Source: Trichoplax adhaerens (lineage: Eukaryota > Animalia > Placozoa). From it: a stretch of 64,000 nt of DNA. The position numbers and the translations under genes are program-made. The notes beneath the pieces are model-generated. The model saw only the letters and a list, made by a program, of their open reading frames with translations. It had not been told where the DNA came from and did no database searches. The stretch lies in contig NW_002060944.1 in assembly GCF_000150275.1 (NCBI RefSeq), forward strand, positions 5,088,123 to 5,152,122, written 5' to 3'. Shown here piece by piece: positions 13,140 to 25,200 of the stretch (positions are counted from its first letter, which is position 1; the number at the start of each line of letters is the position of its first letter).

Positions 13140-14300
13140 TCACTCTTTTGGAACTTCAATGCCTGGAGGATAGAAGAACTTCTGGTGTTCCAATGGTGCG
13201 ATAAAGGCTACCGTTTGCTTATCATAAACCTCCATCATCGGGAATGCCGTCAATTTATTCTCCTACAAGATACATAGTTATAAACCAGTAATGGAAAATT
13301 TATTTCAAGAGGTATCCCATAAACAGTATGAACAATATGAGCTATAAAAACTGACTATGATCACCTATGATCAAAGGAGTTCGTATCAGTGCGATAACAT
13401 GATACTACATACGTAGCGGAATACTTTTCAATACATACTCCTACAGTAAGTTCATTTGTGCGATCAGATGTAATCTAATCTACAGTACAGTAATCTATTA
13501 ACCTTTCTGAAGATAGGTCAACTATGCAATAAATACATATACCTATCGTAAAACTAGGTAGTTAATTGATCTATGTGAATATGTTAGTATCAGTTTGCTC
13601 ACTATTAATCGCACATTGCATCAATGGAAGCTTTTGGCTAGCAAAGTGATTTAGCATGTGCAATACACTAGTTGAACGTATGCAAAGTTACACAAGACAT
13701 CCATTTAACAGGATTTGTAAGGTACCTTACCTGAATGTATTTGCCCAATTTCGGGTATACTCTGATTACTGATATTAATATAGACACAATTCCTTTAAAT
13801 GGAAAATAACAAAACACCGCTTGTGTAACTGCCGGAAGCTCATATTGTTTAAACCCTGCTTGCAAATATCTCTGCTTGACACTAGCGTCGATGGGAGAAC
13901 CATTTTCACCTACAACAGCTGCAACGACCGATCGGCAATTTTCCTCTTTTACCTAAAACATACGCAGAATACAGTATCCGGTAAGGCGCAGAGCCGTCTC
14001 TTCAATTAACTAGACAATAATGTATAATAAGGTTCAAACCGTATTCGGATCGTCATAATAGATGCCTAGTGTAGATCCATCCGAGCTGGGAAGCAATTTC
14101 CTAGCTTCATCAAAGATCGTGCCAACATTACGATATGCTCCAACATGAACTTTGTAAAAAACACTCAGTTGGTTGCAGATATAGGGCGGTTTAGCAGTCC
14201 TCAGGACGATCGGGTAAAGTAAACCGTTATAGGTGAGGTAAAGGAAACCTGCAACCAAAAGTGTTACAGCCAAGTAAGCTAAGCATCCACATTCAACCAT
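13140..14300 (-). CDS. TEX264: TEX264-like protein b, 201 aa, 3 exons
   Basis: Exons 14040-14300, 13731-13952 and 13140-13262, phase 0. Motifs YKVHVGAY, GIYYDDPNTVKEENCRSVV, FPFKGIVSILISVIRVYPKLGKYI, FPMMEVY and FYPP. Both introns fall at the same positions as in paralogue a. Confidence 0.88.
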
Positions 14301-14670
14301 GTCTCTTTACTTGCTGTCAGCAACTGCAGCTCTTACTCCGAGATCAAGCTATTTATTTGTTTTCAAATACTGTGCTGTATAAGCACACTATATGTATGTT
14401 CTATATGTTAAGACTCCTTGACTGCCGATAGTGTTTTCATACACAATACTATAATATGCACATTAAAATTGCATTTTCATGTAACAGATGGACAGTCCAT
14501 CGTGACGATAGTATGACTCACGCAGCATGCAAGACTGGTCTTGTTCGCGTTTTCGCGGTGGCGGGCAAATTGTACACCAATCACGGCACAGTATTCAAAT
14601 TCCTCACTATTGTGATGATTGCCGATGCCTCTTGACTACAACACTACAGTCATTCTAGCCGCTCTTCCAA

Positions 14671-15587
14671 TTCATTAGGTTCCGACTGGAAAGTGTATTA
14701 GATTGTTATTAGTCATGGACTTTAAAGTACTTTGGAAGGTATTTTGAAAAGTCCATGGCGGATCAACCACATTGGAAAGGTTGATATGATACAAAACTTT
14801 AGTTTCAATACAGTCGTTCAAGCCATGGAGCACTAAAAAGTATCCCAGTCTGCTACGCACCAATAGTGATCCAAGGTACTTTTAAGCATACAAAGTTGTC
14901 ACTAAAAACACGACAGTAGTCTGCCTATCAGCTCGTGACGATTCACTTCCTATCGATGTTAGCTGCTGCTCAGATTCATTAGGCTCCGTCTGGAAAGCGT
15001 ACTAGAAGTATACTAGATCACTATTAGCCATGGACTTTAAAATACCTTGCAAGGTATTTTGAAAAGTCCATGGCGGATCAACCACATTGGAAAGGTTGAT
15101 ATGATACAAAAACTTTAGTTTCAATACAGTTCAAGCCATGGAGCTCTCAAAAGTATCCCAGTCTGATACGCACCAATATTGATCCAAGGTACTTTTAAGC
15201 ATACAAAGTGGTCACTAAAAACACGACAGTAGTCTGCCTATCAGCTCGTGACGATTCACTTCCTATCGATGTTAGCCGCTGCTCAGATTCATTAGGCTCC
15301 GTCTAGAAGTGTACTAGATCACTATTCGGTAACTATTTTTCACCTCGCGAGGTGAAACCTCGTGCAAGCGCAGATCATCTCAGATCACTATTAGTATTAG
15401 CCATGGACTTCAAAATACCTTGCAAGGTATTTTGAAAAGTCCATGGCGGATCAACCACATTCGAAAGGTATCATACAAAACTTTAGTTCCAATACAGTCG
15501 TTCAAATCATAGAGAACTAAATAGTATCCCAGTCTGATACGCACCAATAGTGATCCAAGGTAGTTTTACGCATACAAAGTTGTCACT
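14671..15587. repeat. Tandem array, ~3 copies of a ~305-313 bp unit containing a 48-bp palindrome
   Basis: Units start TTCATTAGG at 14671, 14975 and 15288. Each carries GCCATGGACTT(T/C)AAAATACCTTG-CAAGGTATTTTGAAAAGTCCATGGC or a variant; the third copy is partial and has an insertion. Confidence 0.95.
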
Positions 15588-17062
15588 GGCTCATAGAAAT
15601 GGCGATTGCAATAACAAAATTAATAATTTATTTTTGTTTTCCTCCAACTTTTTAACCTGCGTACATTCATTACATGAATTCTATGTACATTAAAATGACC
15701 ACTAAATTTTGAGTTGTTGCTGTAACAATTTCATACAACAGTTTTCACATTTCGTCAAATTGATGAAATTATATTGCAAACAAATGCAGTCAATCGATAG
15801 GATACACAGCTGCGACTGTCTGAGAGTTATAAGATGTCACCGGCGACTGAGTAACTATTCTAGTAGAGAAGGCAAATTTTCAGTCACAACGACGTAATCC
15901 GAATATCATAAATAGTCTACCACAATATTAATATTATTAGCATAATCATAATGATTAATAAATTAATGACAGATCATTAAGAAAGTTGAGAATCACGTAA
16001 ATATAGTTGTAGGCGATGATACAGTGATGACGAGATTCCAGAATTTCTAGAGTATGCTGTACAAGTGTAGTGTACATGCCATACTGCAGCATTGACAGAA
16101 ACAATTGAACTAACACTTAATTTATGAAAGGAGAAAGTGAAAGACGAGATAGAATTTATCTCTTCAAATTAGACGAAAATCGAAAATCATCTATCAATGA
16201 CTGGGATTTTTGAGTAGCAATCTGATGATGGGTGATAAAAACAAACAAATAGGCTTTAACATTCGAGAATGCCAATACAGGCGTTCGTTACAAATAGCAA
16301 TATGATCAGTTTAAGGGCTATCCAATGATACGCCTAGATACAGTACGCTAATACTGGCAATCATCTGTAATATTGACTAAACTGGTAATATAAAGCAAGC
16401 CTGTGATAATCGATTGGCAGCTAAATGTACAATTCTATTTTTAAAGTTGCCAGCACCACGCGTACAATATACTCTAGGCTATCGTAATAATTTGAATAAG
16501 GGTGGCTATAGAATTTGTAGCAAACGTCTACACAACCACATCCACATACACATGTATAGGCCAGTAATTATTATGCATCAAATGCAGCAATCTATGTTTT
16601 ACTTGATTCAGTTTTGAAGTAGTACAGTAAGTATCCTGCTGGAAAAAATGAACCACCCCTTGTTTTTAAGCCCAATTCCTAGTGATTAGTCTATATCCAT
16701 AATTCTATACAGTATGCCATAAATGCTTATTGGATTAAATGACAGCAAATACTAAGAATGATTAATGTCCAATTATATACGATCGTAGGACAATTCTACA
16801 TATGCATACACAGGCATACAACCATCTAGAGCCAGTATTTGGAATTGCTATGAAGGAAAGTATTACGTCCATTTTTATATACTGTATAGACAGTATATAT
16901 ACATATATATATTCGTATATACGAGTATTCAATATACTCTATATTGACATTACTAGCTGTCGGTCTAGGCTTTGATAAAATGAAATAATATAATATTACG
17001 CGTGGTCCAACTAGAAAATATATATTACTCGATGATCTACCAGAAAGTCCTTGAATAAGTTC

Positions 17063-20000
17063 TTAACGCTGACTTTGATGAGTATGCATGTGTCTTCGAA
17101 GATCGACTTTACGTGGAAAAGCACGGCTACAAATTTCACATGAGAATGGCTTAAACCCTGTATGCTTGCGGCTATGAGTAATTAAATTCGACGATTGACT
17201 AAATGCTTTACCACACAATGTACATTTGTGAGGTTTTTCACCAGTATGAATATAGGTATGCTTTTTCATATCGGATTTTTGATGAAATCTTTTGCCACAA
17301 TATTGACAAGCAAAGGGTCTTGTATTGGTATGGATTAACATATGAGTAGATAGTGTCGATGATCGTTTAAAAATCTTNAAACAAGTCTTACACTCATAAG
17401 ACTTAATATTCGTATGCACTGCCTTATGTTGCTCTAAACTAACTCGATGTCCAAAGGTTTTTCCACAGGCGTCACATTCGAACGGTCTAACACCCTAGAA
17501 TGAATTGGATTATATGAAACGAAATGACAGTTAATGATCGTATACGCATATTAGAGCTTAAAAATTTCATTTCTTAGCAATTTTTCAACGTAACTCTTAA
17601 CATAGATAATCGAAAATGATACAACACTATATATAAAGTAGAATACATAGCATGAAATAGTATGATACCAACACTAGGCTAAACTGAATCATCCTAGCTT
17701 AACATTCTTTTACATCCGTATAATACTACTTACAGCATGAGAGCGCCGAACATGAATTTCCAATCCATGTGCCGTATTGAAACCTTTCTTGCAAGTAAAA
17801 CACTCGAACGTTTCACACGAAACCTTTCCATTACTTATGGAATCACAATTATCTTCCACATCTAAATCTTCGCTATTTTTCGATTCGTGGTCAATGAGTC
17901 GTGTCTTGCCTAATTTATCTTGATTATCCTCGATACCTTTTGTTGATGTAATTTCTCGGTTTCTATCTGTATTACGATAAATTCCTTTAGGAAATTGATT
18001 TAAATTCAATGAATTGAGCGATTTGTTGTATAAATTATTGGCTGCAGTCACAGCAGCCGCCGTTGTATAATTGCTGATAGCATCTTTACGCCAGCACATA
18101 TGTGGTGCTTGATAAGGCCAATAGCACGACGGAAAGGGAGGTGCTTGCCCACCAAATAAATATGGATGGCGAAAATTGACGTAGGACAGTGGTGATATTT
18201 GAGAAACTTGATGTGTCATATTAGGATAATAGACTTCAGGATAAGTAGCTTTAGGTACAGCGATATCCAAACGATTGTTTGATCCTAAAATTCAAAAGGA
18301 ACAATTAAACACACTTTGTGAGTATTATTCGCTTGCGTCTATTTAGAAAACTGAGCTCAATAAATGCGAAACACTTTTATACTATAATACAATAAAACAG
18401 TTTTAGCTCATTCAAGAAATAATTTGCATCGTATAGGAAAATCTCATCATTAAAAAACTGTTAAGCTTGGAGTAGATCTCTTGAATTATAGTTCTCTATC
18501 TTAGATCACTTATTCAAATAATATAAAGATGAAACGTATTATTACGGTGAAATTAAGCGACTCACGAATATTTCAGTTTGATAATACGCATAATACGACA
18601 TTTCTATAATCGAAAGTTATATTCCATCCTATTTTATTAAGAATAGACTATTGCAAAAATAAAAATAAAGCAGATCTCCATCATAATTAAAATAAGTCAA
18701 GTAAAGCGAAACTCATGCCATAATAAATAATATGATAACCCTGGAATCGTCATTACATGTAGCCATGAATCAATGTCTCAAAATCACTGCTAAGGAGCTA
18801 TAAGGTATGATAGACTAAGTTAAGTTAAAATCTGAGCTCTTTTACGGTAAAAAAAAGGGTAAAAAACCGATAGAAATAAAATAATATTTAAAAACTTTGA
18901 ATCAGACTAATGTAACAGCAATAGCGAAATCTTCTCTTAAAACAGCCGTAAGTAAATTTATTTTAAATAATAATTATTATAATCAATATACCTTAACGGA
19001 ACTGTTAAATGATTTATTCAACTATGTCGTGAAATTTATATTATCAGGTACAGCCATAACAGTCAAGGATAGTGAACTGGAATGTAGTCTAAACGCGTAC
19101 TATGTAAAGCAGATATTTATATAGGAAAAATTCCTATTTATCAAGCGTCCTTACAAAAAGTCAACGTATGTATTTCCGCATTCTGCAAGAAGTTGATTGG
19201 GAAATGAAATATTGATTGTATTGTAAAGCAATCATTATCATAAAAAAATTCTACGTCGAAAGTATTACTAACCTATTATAGTGTATCACGATATTATCAA
19301 TAGAATTATAAATTTAAAATTATTATTGACAATCAGTTGTGAGAAAAATTTGCACATGGACGTGCAATCAATGGGATATGATAAAGGATAGAATAAAATA
19401 ACGATAATAACCTTTCTCAAGAGGGATTATAATTATTAATGAGATTTTATGTCTTAATGAATAAATCAAGCGTCAATATTGATGACTTCTTATTAATATA
19501 ATTAAAATATTGGCCGTTGTCTTGTGTATCATCATTTTCTCCAATTGAAAATTATAGAAAGTAAAAGTATAAAAAGTAATAAATGCATTATTATAAAATG
19601 TACTGTTCAAATCTCATCATCAGTATTATAGAAAATCATTTATATAGAAAAATAAAAGAGTTAATGATCGAACGGATACAAATTATGCTATGTAATTTTC
19701 TTTTTTAGTCGATTTTAATCACTCAGCATAGTCATTACGATCAGAATCAATAGGCAAAGAAACATAATTAACAGTTTTTGTGCCATTTCCGTTAGGAATT
19801 ATTTTGGAAACGCTATTTAAATTACTTCCTTAAACGTTAGCTAGACAAAGTCAAGGCTATAAGCTATTTTAATCCTTAGTAGTAATCATTTAAGTCATAT
19901 CGTGTATTGCTCAAAACTGCGCATATTAATGGAAGAAAATACTATGATGCTGAAACAAAATATGGCTAAGGACTATATTATAGGTTATAACTCAGTTAAT

Positions 20001-21718
20001 AAATAAGTATTAGTCATGATAGAGAGAATTTCGTATAATTTGTCTAATTTGAAAGTATTAACAGAAAGTCAAATCGAAAACTCTTGGGAATAATCTCATT
20101 CGACAATTATAAAAATCATTATAAGCTAAAGTGTAGGGAGTGCTTAGCTATTTCTATTTTCTGTTTATAAGCGGTAATTTTACAATCAAGGAAGCAGATG
20201 TAAGTGATAGCGATGGAAATTGAGAATAATCAACTTAAACTGTCTATAAATCTCAACATGACTGGCTGAAAATGTACCAGAATATCAAATAACTTGTGGC
20301 AATCTTGATTTAACGCTAGTTAGAGAAAGGTTAAAAAAATAAAATCATCGTCATCTCTCTGATCATAATGTCTCAGCTATACAGCAGACATTTTTAATTA
20401 GTAGTATTATCCTTAACTATACTGTTGTTAAGTTAGAACACGTAATATTAAATATTCGCTTCATCTTGATGCCTTTGTGCCGTATGTAATCGAAAACAAT
20501 ATTTTTCTCTATTTTCGAAAATATTAGAAATCCTTTCTCTTTTGAATTAACTGATACTTGCCATACATCAAGATGTATACCATTATTAATTAAAATTCAA
20601 GGAAATTTTAGATATTATATCAATTTATTAGATAATATTCTCAATTCTGTTAAAGTAAAAGCAATAGATTTATAGTTGATGAAAATAGGATGAGAATCTA
20701 CATCTTTTCATGACTGATTAATTAAAGACAGTATTAAGATGATAATAAACAAATATAAATAAATTGCAATACAGAGTACCGACAATAGAATTAAAATTAG
20801 ATAATGTTATTAATAGATTATCTCTTCCTTGTGATGGTGGATAAATTAACTATACTTCAATCTCTTACACCAATGATGACATAATCTCAATCAAGTTAAA
20901 TTACTTCTCTTGTAGCTAGGAAAGACGGAATGTTGATGAGAAGAGATTTATTACTCGATCTGGAGAGTAGTATAATGTGGCCCTAGATTGGATTGATATC
21001 GTGTGTTTATACAAAAAAAAGGCAATATAGTAAACACGGAAAATTGCATCCGATATTGAATAGCGTCTGGGTGCAGAAATATTGACAACGGTTGCGTTTA
21101 TGTTGTAAATAACTTTAAATTTATCAATGTGGTAGGCACTCATTTCATTTACATGCAACACGGATTAAAATAACAGAACTAAATTTGGCGGAAAATGTTA
21201 GACTTTATTATCCCTTTTCATAAAATAAATCATTCAGGGGAAAAAAATAATATACCTTCAATGAATTGAAATTTTTCGTTTGATTAGACTAAATACATTA
21301 AAGTTAAGTTAGAAACTATACCGCGAACAAATAACCTTTCAACAAAATCAAATAAAATTAATGTAACTACTATTTAAAATACGTGTTATATTGGAAACTT
21401 CCATTTATGATCTAATTACGTTAGTTTAATGCGTGACATTTTAGAAGTTGTCAAGAGAAAATTGACTTGATTCTTAACTGCAAAAACAAAAATATGGGAC
21501 TTCGTAGTTATTATCAACTTGATCGTAATCATTATGCGATGGAAAGATTTATGCGTATGACTATAAATTTTTCTCTCAATTTTGGCTAACATCGACAAAC
21601 TACAAACAGAAAATGCCTTACCTTTTAAATTAGATGTAGTATGAATAAAGTCAGATGGGTAAGAAGAGTTGGCCAGGTTCATTTTATTCTTGATTTTAAC
21701 CAGGAAAGATTTTGGCAT
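17063..21718 (-). CDS. GFI1: Gfi1/Gfi1b/senseless-family repressor (SNAG + six C2H2 fingers), 359 aa, 3 exons
   Basis: Exons 21622-21718 ([12 protein letters not shown] motif), 17734-18284 and 17063-17494. The fingers carry the diagnostic Gfi helices [50 protein letters not shown] and RKVDLRRH. Confidence 0.97.
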
Positions 21719-21842
21719 CGCTTGTTATTCTTGCAAGACGGAAAATGATTTTTTTTTTCTTTCTATTAGTAGTCACCACGGCAGGTTAATCTTTTCAGGT
21801 GGGTGTTGGAAGTGTGTTGGCTAGATCAGATTTGATGGAGCA

Positions 21843-21848
21843 TTTATA
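21843..21848 (-). promoter_or_regulatory. Candidate TATA box of the Gfi gene
   Basis: TATAAA on the minus strand about 125 bp upstream of the ATG; the AT-rich background limits specificity. Confidence 0.35.
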
Positions 21849-22114
21849 ACCCTATTGCCTCCTTTTATGCACCTAAAATCAAGATATGAAGAAAAAGTTG
21901 TAGACAACGAGTAACAATCGGATGCAACAAACTTCTGTGTATACAGTGTGAGAATAGTGGACAAATACTTTGAGACTGATATTCATTATAGATACAATCG
22001 GAGAATTATAATCAATAATTTTGGTTTATAATATTACCACTGAATGTAATATCATTGTAAAAGAAAAGGAAAAGAAATTGTAACATCATGTACATATTTA
22101 ATAAACTGTATTAT

Positions 22115-22224
22115 CAGCTGGAGTAGGGGCAGGTGAAAAGTAACTCACGAACAATGAAATATTTATTGTTGTCGGCTTGTTTATTGAAAATTGTTACAGC
22201 TGTCAATCTATGCTGTCCACCTGC
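22115..22224. promoter_or_regulatory. Cluster of four class-A bHLH E-boxes upstream of Gfi
   Basis: CAGCTG 22115, GCAGGTG 22129, CAGCTG 22197 and CACCTGC 22218, all within 110 bp of very AT-rich DNA. Confidence 0.6.
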
Positions 22225-25200
22225 AAGAATTCTAAACATGATGCTAATATTTAACTACTCAATCTAAGAGATTAAATGATGATGATCACTTTATCCCTAA
22301 CTCAATTTAAATACTGTAAACTTAAGTAAATCAACTTATCAATGTAATATAAAAATGGACAAAATCAATCGATCATCATTATCAACTCATAATAATATAT
22401 TAACCGATATGCATTTAATTTGATAAAATAAAAAATTTTATTAGATATTATGATGATCAGTTTATAGCTTTAGCCAATGTCAGTTCCATTATGTAAGTAT
22501 CAACATTCATAAATAGGATATTTAAAATCGATTGGCCTACAATACATATTTTACTAGTTAAAATTCTGAAGCCAAATCATGAGAGTTGAAAAAGGTAAAT
22601 CAAAATAGGGAAATTACTACAGATAAATATCGGTGCATCATTGATGGCTACTATGATCAAAATTTATGGATAAAAAATGTAATCGATTGAAGCAGTCAAT
22701 TGCTTTATCAGTAATATATATTTATATTTTATGTGATTAAGGCACTGTAGCACTAAATTAAGGTTTGTTAATTCCTTGTGATTATCAATCTAAATACTTT
22801 TCATTTATGACCATTATTCATAGCCTTTGTTATCTATTAAGTTAGATTAAGAAATGAAATTATTTCTTTTCTTTGTTGCTAACCAACTGACAATATCGCA
22901 ATTAAAGTTTAATGTGATTTTTACTTTTATGTTATTAGTTACACTTGTGCAATCAAATGGGTCATTGGATTAAACGTAGACAATAACGCATAAAAATACC
23001 AATGCTGCTTTAGATAGTTATTTTCTCAATACAGCTTGTCATGCCGTGATTTTTTCCAGACGATCATCGCTGGAATAATAAGCTATTGTACAATATATAC
23101 ATATCTCTATATTGTAAAGATAGCTATAAAAACTATTTCAATAATTGCTATCATAATTTACTGAAAATAATATTGACAATTGAAGGAAATGGGATTTAAC
23201 AAAGTATCGCACTGTAACCATTTATACCTTTGATAATAAAATAATAATGCCTTACGTATATCAGCAGTATGTTATCCGTGTACATAAAAAATGCAGTTAA
23301 ATCTTTAAACTGATATAACTCATTTTAGTAATTTTATTAAATAGTAATCATTATGGCTATGATTTAATAATAACAAATCTTTAAGCATGGCATGAGTTTA
23401 CGAAATTATACATTTATATCGTGAACATGTCTAGTTACACTAAATTGAGGTATAGATGATGCAGTGATTAAATTAGTTTAAAGGTGACATTGAAGACAGA
23501 TGGTATACGAGTGATTTCCTGTAATAATGTAATAGGTAGTGAGATTATTGCAGTCACGACTTTAAATGAAAAGATTGAAATAGAGTACCTTATATGATGG
23601 CTTAAACAAGATTTACTCGTGTTACACAATATGAATACTTTAGACCAGTGTGGAATAATTTGGCTACTGTCACCTCTCTCTTTCACTTAATAATGACCAT
23701 TAACATTTTACCCTACCAGAGTGCGGTACGTACTAACTAGTTAACAATTGGGAATCAATTTTGGAATCCTATAGTGTTAGAATACAACCTATTGCCATTG
23801 CTTCATGCAGTCAATCTGTCATTATAAGCATGAGTAATAACGATATTTGTTTGGCTCACGCCTGAGAAAATGTTGCATACGTATCATTCCATTATAATTG
23901 TAAGCGAATTTTGATAATACGCAATCATCAGAGGATTATCATCATTCATAGAAAATAATAGAGAACCCTTGGGGCACTATTATCATGTTTCAAATATTTC
24001 TTCAATTCATTCATCTACTGATCTACTCGATCCCATCTGATATTATAATAGTATCTATCAATTTATCTATCTGTCTATTTTGTACTTTTCTCCCTTTCAT
24101 GTCCATTCTAACCTAATTCGTTCACTTAACTCCAATGATGATAGAATTGTCAGTCCATTGAACGATAACGAATGAAGGACTCTCTCTCTTTTCATTCCAT
24201 CTATTTCAGATGGTGTTAATGTGAATTTTTCTTAACTGAATGCTACAATAATCCATTTATTTTTTAACTTTCAATCTAAGAAAGAAAGTATACTTTATTT
24301 GCAAACAGGCGGGTTATAATCTATCTCTATTGTCTTCTTTTGCCAATGTCAGCGTTTAATAGGAATGTAAAGTTTAAAAAAGATCGTCTATCATGATTGC
24401 AGTTTTATTATGATGACGATACATCAACATTGGTTATACTCTCTACCATCTTGCAACTATGATGATCAAATAGAGTTTCAACTCAATCCAATATGATCAT
24501 TTTCAAGTACTCCAACTTAGCAATAGATGTAACAACGGATGGAAATTCCATACGATCAGTGCTCGACATTCCATCGTTGATTCACTTATTACAAGTAAAT
24601 TTTTCAGATTTTTTAATTTTTAATTTTTCTGATTTATCAACCATTTGCCATGTTCTCACGTTAGTAAAGTAATTAATCTCTTTTATTGGCTAGCAATCTA
24701 AATAAATGAATATAAAGCTTTTGTATTCTAGTTAAGCCAAGACAATAGCTTCTATTCTCTTTTTTGAATGGACCGTTAAAGCACAGACTAACTCACTTAA
24801 TACTCTGTCTGTTATGACGTGGGTTCGCCCGGATAGTACGGACAGACATAGCGACACAAGTAGCAAATTGATTACAGTTGCTAATCAGTCATTCAGAAGG
24901 TTATTTGCTCTAAATTGTCCTGATTTTAGCATTGTTGCCTATCCAATTTCTGCTTTGGATATCCTATCATGGTAAGAGAGTTTTTCTGGTCTGATTCAGT
25001 GAGATTTGATGGTCTTATGGCATTTCTAGTCATGCCATGGCTTCCATCGTGAATCTATCGTCCGCAGTCCGCGGTCCGTAACATGTATCTGTCCCATAGA
25101 GTTAAGAGAAAAAAACCAACAATAACAAGTCTGTCTATCTGTATCTGGTCGAGAAGTCTGTACATCTGTATATCTGGAATAATTGGAGCTGCCTAGAAGT

